Shown: positions 1 through 12,760 of the stretch, one piece after another | Numbering within the stretch: position 1 is the first letter of the stretch | Layout of the letters: the number at the start of each line of letters is the position of its first letter | Source of the DNA: the human T2T-CHM13v2.0 reference genome, Homo sapiens | NCBI RefSeq assembly: GCF_009914755.1 | Contig: NC_060940.1 | Length of the DNA stretch: 64,000 bases | Strand: one strand, 5' to 3' | Notes under the pieces: model-generated | The model's database searches: none | What the model was told of the DNA's origin: nothing | The model's input: only the letters and a program-made list of their open reading frames with translations | Translations under genes and position numbers: made by a program

Positions 1-171
1 TACAAAAAATTAGCCAGGCATGGTGGCCAGCACCTGTAGCCTCAGCTACTTGGGAGGCTGAGGCAGAAGAATGGCGTGAGCATGGGAGGCGGAGTTTGCA
101 GTGCACCAGTGCACTCCAGCGTGGGAGACAGAGCAAGATTCCGTCTTAAAAAAAAAAAAAAAAAAAAAAAA
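1..171 (+). mobile_element. Alu (AluY-like) right arm and poly(A), cut by window edge
   Basis: TACAAAAAATTAGCC linker, GAATGGCGTGA (Y-type), CACTCCAGC, A-tail 148-171; small internal deletion after TTGCAGTG. Confidence 0.93.
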
Positions 172-630
172 GACCAACTACATGATTAGAGGGTTGGAAT
201 TTTGGACCTCCAGAGAGGAGAGAGGGAATGGAGACTGAGTTCAATTACATGCCCAATGACTTATGTAATCAATCATGAACACATAATGAAACTCCAGTAA
301 AAACTCTGGACACCAAGGATGGTTGGAAATTTGTGGTTGGTGACCATTTGGATGTGCCTGGAGAGTGATGAACCTTTGACTCCATGAGGACAAGTGTGTA
401 GAAGCTCTATGTTCCCTATAGCCCCCACTCTACGCATCTTTTATAATAAAACTATAATCATAAGTATTGCTTTTCTGAGTTTTGTGTCATCGTAGTGAAT
501 TATCAAACTTGAGAAGGTTATAGGAACCCACAAATTTATAGCCAGTCAATCAGAAGGGTGGCCTTGGATCTCACTTGCATCTAAAGTGGGGTCAGTCCTA
601 TGGAGGGCTTTGTCCTCAACTTGCAGAGAT
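172..630 (+). mobile_element. MER21-type LTR fragment
   Basis: GATTAGAGGGTTGG...AATCAATCATG...TTTATAATAAA...TTCTGAGTTTTGTG...GGAACCC...TCAGAAG resembles recalled MER21 consensus. Confidence 0.7.
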
Positions 631-639
631 TCTCTTCAG

Positions 640-1079
640 TGGGCCTGACCAAGTCAGGTGATCCATTAAAAGGAGTAGGGCTCTTCCTAGCAAGACAACT
701 GGAAGCATCAGAAGGATTCAACAGGAGAAACATTATCCATTGCTGGCTTTGAATACTGAGTGGGCCATACAGCAAGGAATATGCCAGCCTCTAGGAGAGT
801 GGAGCCGTGGCTGACAGCTAAGGAAATAGGTACCTCAGTCCTGCAACCTCAAGAGACTGAATTCTGCCACAACCATATGAACTTGGAAGAGGATCCTGAT
901 CTCAAGATGAGAGCCTGGCTGACACTTTGACAAGCTTTCACCTCAACCTTGTGAAACTCTGAGAACCAATCCATGCTACACCCAGACTTCTGAGCTACAG
1001 AACTGAGGTCATAAACAGGTTTTTCTTTAAGCTATTAAGTTTGTAGAAATTTGTTTCACAGCAGTAGGAAACTGATAAA
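640..1079 (+). mobile_element. MLT1 (MLT1E-like) MaLR LTR
   Basis: CCTCAGTCCTGCAAC...CTGAATTCTGCCACAAC...CAGACTTCTGA...TTTAAGCTATTAAGTTTG...CAGCAGTAGGAAACTGATA is the MLT1 3' end pattern. Confidence 0.8.
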
Positions 1080-1132
1080 GAGGACCTGGTGATGAATGTC
1101 ATGAACCATATCATCATCCTGTGTGGCCATAC

Positions 1133-2488
1133 TGAGAGGTGACAGTGTACTGGCAGCCTTGGCAGCCCTGGCTCACTCTCAGCACCACCTCAGCCTCGGC
1201 GCCCACTCTGGCCACACTTGAGGAGCCCTTCAGCCGGCCACTGCACTGTGGGAGTCCCTCTCTGGGTTGGCCAAGGCCGGAGCCGGCTCCCTCTGCTTGC
1301 AGGGAGGTGTGGAGGGAGAGGCACAGGAGGGAACGGAGGCTGCGCACGCTGCTCGCTGGCCAGCACGAGTGCCAGGTGGGCATGGGCTCAGCGGGCCCGC
1401 ACTCTGAGCAGCCAGCTGGCACTGCCAGCTGAGGGACTTAGCACCCGGGCCAGCAGCTGCAGAGGGTGCACCAGTTCCCCGAGCAGTGACGGCCCACCAA
1501 CACCGCACTCAAATTCTCGCCAGGCCTCAGCTGCCTCCCCATGGGGCAGGGCTCGGACCTGCAGCCAGTCATGCCTGAGCCTCCACATCATGCCGTGGGC
1601 TCCTGCGTGGCCCAAGCCTCCCCGACGAGAGCCGCCCCCTGCTCCATGGCACCCGGTCTCATCAACTGCCCAAGGGCTGAGGAGTGCAGGTGCATGGTGC
1701 AGAACTGGCAGGCAGCTCCACCTGCCACCCTGGTGCAGGATCTGCTAGGTGAAGCCAGCTGGGCTCCTGAGTCTAGTGGGGACTTGGAGAACTTTTATGT
1801 CTAGCTAAGGGATTGTAGATACACCAACCAGCACTCTGTGTCTAGCTCAAGGTTTGTAAACGCACCAATCAGTGCTCTGTGTCTATCTAATCTAGTGGGT
1901 ACTTGGAGAACTTCTGTGTCTAGCTCAGGGATTGTAAATGCACCAATCATCACCCTGTCAAAATGGACCAATCAGCTATCTGTAAAACAGACCAATCAGC
2001 TCTCTGTAAAATGGACCAATCAGCAGGATGTGGGTGGGGCCAGATAAGGGAATAAAAGCAGACTGCCGGAGCCAGCAGTGGCAACCCCCTCGGGTCCCCT
2101 TCCACAGTGTGGAAGGTTTGTTCTTTTGCTCTTTGCAATAAATCTTGCTGCTGCTCACTCTTTGGGTCCACACTGCCTTTATGAGCTGTAACACCAAGAA
2201 GGTCTGCAGCTTCACTCCTGAGGCCATCGAGACCACAAACCCACCGCGAGGAATGAACAACTCCAGACGTGCCACCTTAAGAGCTGTAACACTAACTGCC
2301 AAGGTCTGCAGCTTCACTCCTGAAGCCAGCGAGACCATGAGCCCACCAGAAGGAAGAAACTCTGCACACGTCTGAACATCAGAAGGAACAAACTCTGGAC
2401 ACACCACCTTTAGAACTCTAACACTCACCGCGAGGGTCTGCGGCTTCATTCCTGAAGTCGGACCCCGAACCCACCAATTTTGGACACA
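1133..2488 (+). mobile_element. Solo LTR12 (ERV9/HERV9 LTR; LTR12C/D/E group)
   Basis: Starts TGAGAGGTGACAG and ends TGGACACA; 4-bp TSD ATAC at 1129-1132 and 2489-2492; GC-rich U3, tandem CCAATCA repeats, U5 repeats CAGCTTCACTCCTGA. Confidence 0.96.
1865..2057 (+). promoter_or_regulatory. LTR12 promoter/enhancer core: CCAAT (NF-Y) array, GATA site, AATAAAA TATA-equivalent
   Basis: CCAAT at 1865, 1943, 1968, 1992, 2016; AGATAA 2042-2047; AATAAAA 2051-2057. Function inferred from known ERV9 LTR architecture. Confidence 0.7.
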
Positions 2489-2492
2489 ATAC

Positions 2493-2992
2493 TTTTTGTC
2501 CACCCAGCTTCTCTGGTTATTTAGGAGCTTCCCCACATTACTGCCTGCATCACTCTAATCCTCGTGGTCATCATGGGAGTAGCCATTTTGGACATGTGAC
2601 CTGCCCCTGGACACAGCTGATTGGTTAAAAAGTGAGATCTGCATGGACCAATTAAAGCTCTTCTCTGGACCTCTTAGACTTGAGACCCAGAGGGTGGCTG
2701 AAATGATAAGATGCAAAATTCAGGCATTAGCAGTGACCATGTATTCCACTATGTAGGAGAAGCTCTTGCTGTGAGTGAAAATAATGAAGTTAACACCCAA
2801 AAAGAAACTAGGACAAGAAATGTTGCAGCTGTTTTTGAGCCCCTGATTCCAGTTGTTTCACAGGCCCAAACACAATCTACCTGTAGGTTTTGAGAGACAC
2901 TCAACTATATTTTACAATACATTCCTTTTTTGCGTCTGCCAAATCAAGTTGGGTTTCTGTCTGCTGTAGGGAAAACAGTCCTAACTAATACA
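2493..2992 (+). mobile_element. Old MLT1 (K/L-like) LTR
   Basis: 3' end AAGTTGGGTTTCTGTC...GTCCTAACTAATACA; CATGTGACC and TTTGAGCCCCTG motifs. Confidence 0.7.
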
Positions 2993-3020
2993 ATCATAGT
3001 TGTTAAAATGCATGGTCTTC

Positions 3021-3303
3021 ATGCCTGTAATCTCAGCACTTTGGGAGGCTGAGGTGGGTAGATCACCTGAGGTCAGGAGTTCGAGACCAGCCTGGCCAAC
3101 AATGTGAAACCCTGTCTCTCCTAAAAAAACAAAAAAATTAGTTGGGCGTGGGGGCAGGCGCCTGTAATCCCAGCTACTCAGGAGGCTGAGGCACGAAAAT
3201 TACTTGAACTGGGGAGGCAGAGGTTAAGTCAGCTAAGATCGCACCACTGCACTCCAGTCTGGGTGACAGACCGAGACACTGTCTAAAAGTAATTTTTAAA
3301 AAA
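3021..3303 (+). mobile_element. AluS, slightly 5'-truncated
   Basis: GATCACCTGAGGTCAGGAGTTCGAGACCAGCCTGGCC; TSD GCATGGTCTTC at 3010-3020 and 3304-3314. Confidence 0.95.
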
Positions 3304-3914
3304 GCATGGTCTTCTGATTTCTGTTAGGCCTAACTTCTGCCTTTCCTAGGGCACTGTTCCTCCTCCAGGGAATATTTTCAGGAGCACTCCACAGGCAGTA
3401 CACCAGATTCCCCAGACACTAATTTAAAGAAGGCCTTTACTTTTGTCTTTTAGGCCTTTCAACAGGATGCCAAAATTATTGATTCAGTCGATTGATTCAG
3501 CAAACAACTTGTTAATTAGGTTAAAAAGTAAGAATTTAGCCAAAGCTGATGCGTCAAACTGGCATGGCAGATAAACTTCCAACATGTGGTTGAAAGAAAA
3601 ATTTGCCTGAGTTAGGACACATCCATGGCTTCCTAGGATGAAAAGTGGAGGAACATCATCATTCCAGACACTGTTCTTCCTCCACATTTCCCTGCTTCAT
3701 CCAAAACACTGATGCAGCCACTTCTCCGGGACTCTCTCCAGTAAGTAGGGGCATTCGCCAGCATCCCCATTTCGTACACGATCATGTCTACCAAAGCCCA
3801 GAAGAAATTCAAGACAATTTTAGAGAGTCAAAGAAAACACTGGGCATTTGAAGCCTTCTATCGGTTTTTTCACGTGAAAATCAAATGGCAGTGCAGCAAA
3901 AATGAAAGGATGAA

Positions 3915-4370
3915 TGTAATAGGACTCTTTCTGTTGTAATTAAGTGAAAAACGAAACTCAAACTGCCTTCAGGAAAAGGTTAGAAAAAGGAATTCAAGTA
4001 ACTGGAAATCTGGAAGGTTTGGTTCCCTTAAGTCATAGCTACCCAAACCCCAGGCTTCAGCTGGGCTTTAGGACGTAGTTCCTCCCTCTCCTCCTTTCCT
4101 GGCTGTGGTTTTCTCTGTGCTGGCTTTCCTCTTGCTCTGGCTCTCTTCATGTGGTGACCCCATACAGGTCCAGATTAATACCTTTAGAACTCTAAATCTG
4201 GCAGAGAGATTCTCTTTTTCTCCAAATGCTCCACAAAAGTGCACACCTCCAAAACCGCTAGATGAATTTGGGCCACATGTCCATCCCAAATCCCTGAGGC
4301 CAGGGGTGGACTGGGTTAGCTGACTTAGGCCTGAGTCTTATGGCAATTTCTGGAACAGGGGCTGGGGTCA
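3915..4370 (-). mobile_element. Old MLT1 (K/L-like) LTR
   Basis: AGGACTCTTTCTGTTG...AAACTCAAACTG is the reverse complement of an MLT1 3' end; GGGCCACATGTCCATCC motif. Confidence 0.6.
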
Positions 4371-4989
4371 GTTTTTCTACAAGGACTGAGGTCTGAGGTG
4401 AGAGGCGTAGTGCCCCCCAAAAAAATCAGTGGTTACCAAAAGTAAAAATAACTTCTAGGTCGGCAAAACAACAAGCGTCTACTACCATAGCCTTGCCTGG
4501 TTCTGGCCCCATACTAGAGTCACTTGACCTACAACTGTCAGCAAAATTGGCCAAAGTGCTGACTTCAGGCATAGGGCATTTAAGGAGCTACATCTATTAT
4601 CCCAAAATTCAGCCTCAAGCCCCTCCTGCTGGTTATGCTGCTCTGGCCCCGTTGTATATCCCAGGATCCTGTTCTTGTTCCCAAGGTCTTTTTGTTTTGG
4701 CCAACTGCCTTGTGTATGTCCATTTGCTAATTTTGTCCTAGAGGCTGGCTTGGAACCTCAGTCCCATATCTGACCACATGTGAACAGACTTCAATGATGT
4801 GAGCATATGTTCCTGAATTCTCAGCCACCATGCTCCGCTTGCCTATTGCCTGTTCCCAAACCTATCCCTAATCCAGATTACCACCTGTCCACCACAAGCT
4901 AAGATCTGCTTGCTGGGAAGGATTTTGCTCAATTACTTATAGCTCTGTCTGACATTTTAAATGCTTGTCTGACTTTTTAAATGCTTGTC

Positions 4990-5990
4990 TGTAGGGGACA
5001 TTTTTATATTTGCAGCCCTCCCCCTTTTCATAGAACCCTAATTTTCCTCCTGGGAACCCTTCCTGTGCCAATTCTTAGCTTGTTTGCCCCCAGATCCACT
5101 CCTCACCTTTCCTTTGCCTTATTTTACATTTCAGGAGAGCTGAATTTTCCTCCAAGCTGCATTTCCCAGGCTCCCGTGTTAGCTGGTTTTCTGAGTGGAT
5201 TAAGCTAATGAAGGGTAATGGCAGGAGACTGGAACACAGAGGAAGACAGAAGCTGGGGTATTTCTCCCCTTTCCTTTCTGCCTTGAGTGATGTCTCTAGC
5301 ATCTTCTCCATGCTGTCAGCTCCTGCTAGACAAGCTCTGCTGCAGCTCCTGTTTCCACCGGGTAGACCTAGCCCCTGGATTCCAGAAACACTGTCTCCAT
5401 CCTCCCTTTATCCCACCAGCAAGTGGAGGTAGCAATATCCTGCTGCTGTTAATCTCAAGGTTATTCCACCATCCCCTCTTGGCTTCTCTATCCCACCATC
5501 ACCTGTGTGACCAATTTCTTACATTAAACTACCTCTGTTTTAAAGACTCAAAGTGGTTTCAGTACTCCTGGTTGAACCTGACCGATACGACCCTTTTCTC
5601 CATTCTCAGCCCATCCGCTACAAGGGAAGTTGACTCCACCTGCAGCTGCAATAGTGGGCATGTGACTTACACTCGGCCAATCAGAACATCTTACACCCCT
5701 GGCTGTGGTGACTGGTTCAGGAATTTGCACATAGCACAATCAGCTCCACTGGTAACCACCACCAGGATACTGGGTGTGTTGGGAGAGAGACAGATTCTTC
5801 TTTTTCTGGTCTTGTATCTGTAAAGATGCAAACCTGGAAGTACTGGCACCCATCTTGCTGCCTCATGGAGAGAGCCCTGCCTGAGAATGAAGTCAACGTA
5901 CATGGTAGCAGAGTTGAGAGGCAGAAGGAAGAAAACTGGGTCTTCATAATATCTAGAGTCTGATACCTTGAGCCACTGGCATCTGAAGAC
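4990..5990 (+). mobile_element. MLT1K-like LTR, split by LTR33 insertion
   Basis: GGGCATGTGAC...GGCCAATCAGA...GACTGGTTCAGG...CCTGAGAATGAAGTCAAC...GCAGAG motifs at 5590-5990; probable 5' part at 4990-5063. Confidence 0.65.
5064..5589 (+). mobile_element. LTR33-type ERVL LTR
   Basis: Starts TGTGCCAATT...CCCAGATCCA; CCCAGGCTCCC...GGCAGGAGA...GGGGTATTT; ends CCTGACCGATAC. Confidence 0.7.
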
Positions 5991-6577
5991 AAAAAGAACT
6001 ACCTTAATGAGGGTAAGAGTAGATCTATCTATCTTCTTAAATATCTGGGATCTTCTTAAATATCTGAAAAGTTCAGTCAAAGCTAGATGCAGGGGCTCAA
6101 ATAATGTGATCAAGGCAACGTATCCCCACCCCCACCCCACCCTTTTCTTGGCTTTCATTGGCTTGGTTTGACTTATGAGCACAACTCTAAACCTCTGTGA
6201 CTAAGGATATATTATACTTCATTGCTCTGTCCTTGTCATGGGTCTACCCATAAGAGGACTGGAGAAGAAGGTGTCAGCCCTACCCAAACCACATGGAGAG
6301 TCTGGGTAGAAGTGATTCCTGAAAGTGTTTGAAGTACTCTTACCAAAAGAAGAGGGAAGGGGGGCTAATGAGGCAGTAAGAGTCCCTGACCTAGTCCAAT
6401 ACTTTCAGCTGGTAGACAGGAAAACTGAATACTGGAAAAAGGACATGGCTTGTCCCAGGCCACAAAGCTCAAAACCACTTGTGTCATGTGTAGTATCATG
6501 GTAGCTGGAGACCTTGTTAGCTGCTTTCCATGAACATTCACCTGAAGCACCCTCTGGGATATTTAAAGAAGACCCAA

Positions 6578-7483
<906 letters not shown>

Positions 7484-8258
7484 CCTTAAGATAAAAGCCC
7501 ATGGACTTCCCTACCCCGCTTTATCCTACCTATAGGGTGATAATCAGTGACCTTGAGCAGCAGAAGGGAGCTATGGGGAAGAATGAAGATGCTGCTACCA
7601 ATTGGCCAGATTTGGAGAAATCCCAATGCCATCTGAGCAGAGGAGACATCCTCCCTGAGACCCTTGTTTGTCCAAGAAAAAGCAAAATGCCACCCCCAAT
7701 TCTAAGGAATTAGGGTAACCACTGTTGGCCTCTTTCTAAAGACAATGGGCCCAGATGTCTGCTGCCCTCAAGGACCATTTGTGGTGCTATTTATTGCACT
7801 TTAGATATTTGTTTCTCCCTGATTTATTAATAGTTTATATTTCATTTTGCATCTCTGGCCTATAATTGCATTGCAAACAAAGCACTTGGATTATAAATTT
7901 CTTCAGAAATTGAAGCAAAGTCCCATTTAAAAATTTTACATCTTTTACCTAAAATAAAAACTGACGCTGCTTATTTTCCCTCCACTGTGATCACTGACCT
8001 GGAAGTACAAAGACCTGTGCTTTCAACCTGGCCGTGCCGTTCCCTTGCTATTGGATGCTTGCTGACATACAGCCCCACCAGACCCCATTTTTCTTATTTG
8101 TTAAAAAAAATAGCAAGCTGAGGAAAGACGTTGAGATTTTACCAACCAGTAAAATTTTTCATGCTTTGGAGATCAACCTATGATTGCCTATGTGCAATTT
8201 TGCCAAAAGCATACAAAAAGCAACTACAATCTACTATCACCATTATTTTACAAAGATT

Positions 8259-10190
8259 ATTTTAATAAATGGTGCTGGGAAAACTGGATATCCATATGCA
8301 GAAGAATGAAACCAGACTCCTGTCTCTCATCCTATGCAAAAATCAAATCAAAATGGGTTAAAGACTTAAATATAAGGCCTTAAATAATGAAACTACTAAA
8401 AAAAAAATCTTAAACAATGAAACCACTAAAAGAAAACATTGGGGAAACTCTCCAGGACACCAGAAGGGACAAAGATTTCTTGAGCAATGCCCCACAGGCT
8501 CAGGCAACCAAAGCAAACGTGGACAAATTGGGATGGCATCGAGTTTAAAAGTTTCTGTACAGCAAATGAAATGATCAACAAGGTGAAGAGACAACCCACA
8601 AAAAGGGAGAAAATATTCGCAAACTACCCATCTGACAAGGGGTTAAAAACCACAGCTATAAGGAGCTCAAACAACTTTATAGGAAAAAAATCTAATAACT
8701 TGATTAAAAATTGAACAAAAGATCTGAATAGACATTTCTCAAAAGAAGACACACAAATTGCAAACAGGCATATGAAAAGGTGCTCAACATCAGAGAAATG
8801 CAAAACTACAATGAGATATCATCTCACCCCAGTTAAAATGGCTTTTATCCAAAAGTCAGGCAATCCTATTCACAATAGCAAAGATGTGGAATTAAACTAA
8901 ATGTCCATCAAAGATAAACTGGATTAAGAAAATATGGTACATACACCATGGAATACTATGCAGCCATAAAAAAGAACTCGATCATGTCCTTTGCAGGGAC
9001 ATGGATGGAGCTGGAGGCCATTATCCTTAGCAAACTAATGCAGGAATTGAAAACCAGATGCCACATGGCCTTACTTATAGGTGGGATGTAAATGGATGAG
9101 AACACATGGACACATACAGGGGAATAACACATTGGGGCCTATTGGAGGGTGAGGGTGGGAGAAGGGAGAGGATCAGGAAAAATAACTAATGGGTACTAGG
9201 CTTAATACCTGGGTGATGAACTAATCTGTACAACAAATCCCCATGACATAAGTTTACCTATATAACAAACCTGCACGTGTACCCTTGAACTTAAAGTTAA
9301 AACAGAAAAGAAAAGAAAAAAAGAGCAAAAATCAGGCCATCATAAATGCTGGTGAGGATGTGCAGAAAAGAGATCCCTCATCCACTGTTGGCAGGAATGT
9401 AAATTAGTACAACTACTAGGTAGAACAATTTGGAGGTTCCTCAAAAAACTAAAAATAAAGCTACCATATGATCCAGCAATCCCACTGTTAGGTATAAACA
9501 CAAAAGAAAATAAATCAGTATATCGAACAGGTATCTGCACCCTCATGTTTACTGCAGCACTATTCACAATAGCCAAGATTTGGAAGCAACCAAAATGTCC
9601 ATCAACAGGTAAATGAAAAAAGAAAATGTAGTACGTATACATAATGGAGTACTATTCAGCCACTAAAAAGAATGAGATCCTATTATTTGCAAAAGTATGC
9701 ATGGAACTAGAGGTTATTATGTTAAGTGAAATAAAGCCAGGAACAGAAAGACAAACATCACATGTTCTCACTTATCCTTGGGAGCTAAAAATTAAAACAA
9801 CTGAACTTATGGAGACAGAGGGTAGAGGACATAGGAGGGTACCAGAGGCTGGGAAGGGTATTCGGGGTTGGGCGAGGGTGGTGGGGGAGTGGTAAATGGG
9901 CACAAAAAATAGTCAGAAAGAATGAATAAGACCTAGTATTTGCTAGCACAACAGGGTCCCCATAGTATAAAATAATTTAATTATACATTTTAAAATAACT
10001 AAGAGTATAATTGGTTTATTAGAAACACAAAGGATAAATGCTTGAGGAGATGATCACTCCATTTACCCTATTGTCATTATTGTACATTGTATGCCTATAT
10101 CAAAATATCTCATGTATGTAACCTATAAACATATACACCTACTATGTACCCACAAAAATTAAAAATTAAATTAAATTAAATCAAAAATAA
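8259..10190 (+). mobile_element. L1MA (L1MA2/3-like) 3' ORF2 and 3'UTR
   Basis: AATAAATGGTGCTGGGAAAACTGGATATCC (NKWCWENW); 3' end CCTACTATGTACCCACAAAAATTAAAAATT. Confidence 0.9.
8865..9326 (+). mobile_element. Younger L1PA (PA13-16-like) 3' end nested in the L1MA
   Basis: GGATCAGGAAAAATAACTAATGGGTACTAGGCTTAATACCTGGGTGATG; degenerate TSD AAAAGTCAGGCAAT 8851-8864 and AAAAATCAGGCCAT 9327-9340. Confidence 0.88.
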
Positions 10191-10399
10191 AGGTCATTTT
10201 ACTGTCAAAATGCAGAAAGAAAATATCCCAAAGAATCTCCCTTTTATTTCCTTACTTTAACAGAAAAACTCATTGTTGTCATTTTTTCCATTTTGCTTCA
10301 GACTGGTGAAAACCTCATCATAATTAGCACAAATTACAAAGGAACATTTGCATGATTGTAGCATCCCTCTCAGCCCTGACTTTGCAGATGTATTCACCA

Positions 10400-10525
10400 C
10401 AGTGACTTAACTTTATGAGCCTCAGTATCTTCATCTGAAAAATGGGCACAGTAAAACCTGCTCTCTTTACTTCTCAAGGTGATTATGAGTGTGAAATGAA
10501 AAAGTGGACGTGACGGTGCTTTGGA
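10400..10525 (+). mobile_element. MIR
   Basis: Core GAGCCTCAGTATCTTCATCTGAAAAATGGG. Confidence 0.8.
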
Positions 10526-12635
10526 AAAAAAAGAAAAGAAAGAAAGAAAGATGAAGGTATCACCCCAAGTGGTATCTTCTGGACCCTTTACATTGTACCT
10601 AGAATCAAGGCTACAATTATGAATCTCCAACTTTTTCTCTAACTCTCCAGCCTTGACTGGTTTAATTTAGGCCCTGAACATTAGTTTAACAAAGTGCTTT
10701 CATGTTTATTATATTGGATTAGCAAATTATAAGCTATCATATGAGGCTTTTGAGAACACCCAGACAAATGGCTTGCACGCAGGGAACCCTCATATACTCG
10801 CCATATGGGCTTCATTTATTAAAGCTTTGGACCGTGAGCTTGGGGAGAGCCAACCTCTTTACAGAGAGACTCCTGAGGATTGGTTGCTAGGAAGCTACAA
10901 AAGCTAGTGTTTTTAATGAGATTTAAAGTATCATAAATTATATATTATTTTCTGCACTTAGGACATTCACAGCTCTTTGGTTTATTTTGTATTTCATTTC
11001 GCATTGGTGACACATAATCCCTTTACATACAAAATGCCTTGCATAAGAATTCCCTCAGAAATCAGACCAAAATTACATTTCAAAATTATTTTTTTCTCCC
11101 TAAAATAAAAGTTCACATTGCTTTGTCTCCTCCTGCATGTCCAAGGCAGGCAATGGCTAAGAATTTATTTTCTCCAGCTTAAAAAAAAACTTAATCCCAG
11201 CCTTTCCCAGTGATAATTACTCCAGTGAATACTGTGAGTTGAGTCTGGAGCTGCTGTTAATAAGAATTCTCATAATTCCATTTTCTGATGAGAGTTAATG
11301 TGGGTTCTGTGGGTTTAATTCCACAGATAATTACGGAGGCAGTATTTAAAAAGCCTGTTTAGTCAGTACCCTTCCTCAACTCCCTTCAGTTTTCAACATT
11401 AAATAAAGAGGCAGCCATTCCACAAAAGAAATTCAAAAACTATTTGGTTTAACTGCCCATCTTTAAGAAGGCGAGTCATTATGCAAATGCAGTGCCCAGA
11501 ATTGGCTCGTGGAGGCTGCTCCATCCAATCTGCATAATAAAAAGCAGCCGCTGGCCAGGCACAGAGAGCCACAGGCACATTTCTGCTGAAAGTGGCCACC
11601 GATAAGACAAATTAAGACGGTGGTTTTCGATTAAGAAATTGTTTTGATCAGAGATCCTTTTTGAAATGAGATTCTAACATCTTTGGAAAACAACGGTGCC
11701 TGAGCAGCACACGTCCTCTTTTTTGCTTCTCTTTGTAACTTCTCTTCCTCTTTCTTGTGCTTGTCACTCATGGCCCAAAGTGTGTTTTAGAGGCATTAGG
11801 CTGCTTTCAGGAACATCTCAGCCATTTCATTTAATAGGCTCTATTTTCCACTTTTAACAAAAATCAAGTGCTCTAACAAGGTGCAATTAATCAATTCTAG
11901 CAAAAGTTGTACGGACATTTATAAGTCGCAATGCGGAGAAATCGTGAGGCAACAATGTGTACAGGCTTATCAATGATTGTATACAAAACTACAGGGCCCA
12001 TGCCTTCTTTAAATGTTGAAAGTCAGCTTTGTCTTTCCTTAACACTAGCTGATTTACCAAACTCTCCCCCATTGCCTTCCTAAGAGCTCTACGGGCTTCA
12101 GGTTTCTGATCTCCACTTCTGATTGCTTGATATGTGGATTGAGTTTACCCCTCGCTTGGCTCATAGCTGACCAATCAAAAATCCAGGCCTCACTCAGCAT
12201 CCAGGTCCCACATTCATTCTCCCCTGCTCCGTACCAAAACGCCTTTTCCAATCGCATATTGTTTCAATGGGCTGCGTTGAAGCGGGACTGTTCGTAGACT
12301 TGTCAACTTATGAACTATGTCCTTTAGCTGTAATTTCAAGAAAGCCACGAGAGGATGGAAGGATGACATGGGTTAGCTGGAACAGGTGGCAAAGTGGAAA
12401 AAATAAGAACTTGCTGGTAGACTGTAAAGAGCACTCGAAAGGGGGAAATGGAAAGTCTGAAAAAAATACTCATACACCAGAATCATTATAGAGGCTACAT
12501 GTGAGCTTCAATCGTTGATTTATATTATCTTTTTTGGCCTCTTGTCTTTTCTGCATTTCCAACAATGATCATGCATTATAATTATATTATTTTAAAGTTT
12601 TTTTTTTTTTTTAAGCATGTCCCAATTTCACTTTT

Positions 12636-12760
12636 AGTATGGCGGAGTGAAACCATCCAGGTCTGTCTGTCTGCATGACCTTGGACACATTCTACCCTTT
12701 TGGACTTCCGTTTTCTGATTTGTAAATAAAGAAGCTGATTCTGAAATCTCTTTTAAGGCT
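12636..12760 (+). mobile_element. MIR (MIR3/MIRc-like) fragment
   Basis: TGACCTTGGAC...CTTCCGTTTTCTGATTTGTAAATAAAG. Confidence 0.55.

Noticed and set aside
1790-2030. Regularly spaced direct repeats resembling a CRISPR array
   Set aside because: These are the ERV9 U3 tandem repeats; no unique spacers, no cas genes, and the DNA is primate.
1114-2536. Cluster of overlapping ORFs of 70-186 aa
   Set aside because: Essentially all within the GC-rich LTR12; no gag/pol/env similarity, as expected for a solo LTR.
5287-6182. 178-aa and 163-aa ORFs
   Set aside because: Lie across LTR33/MLT1 remnants; no recognisable domain.
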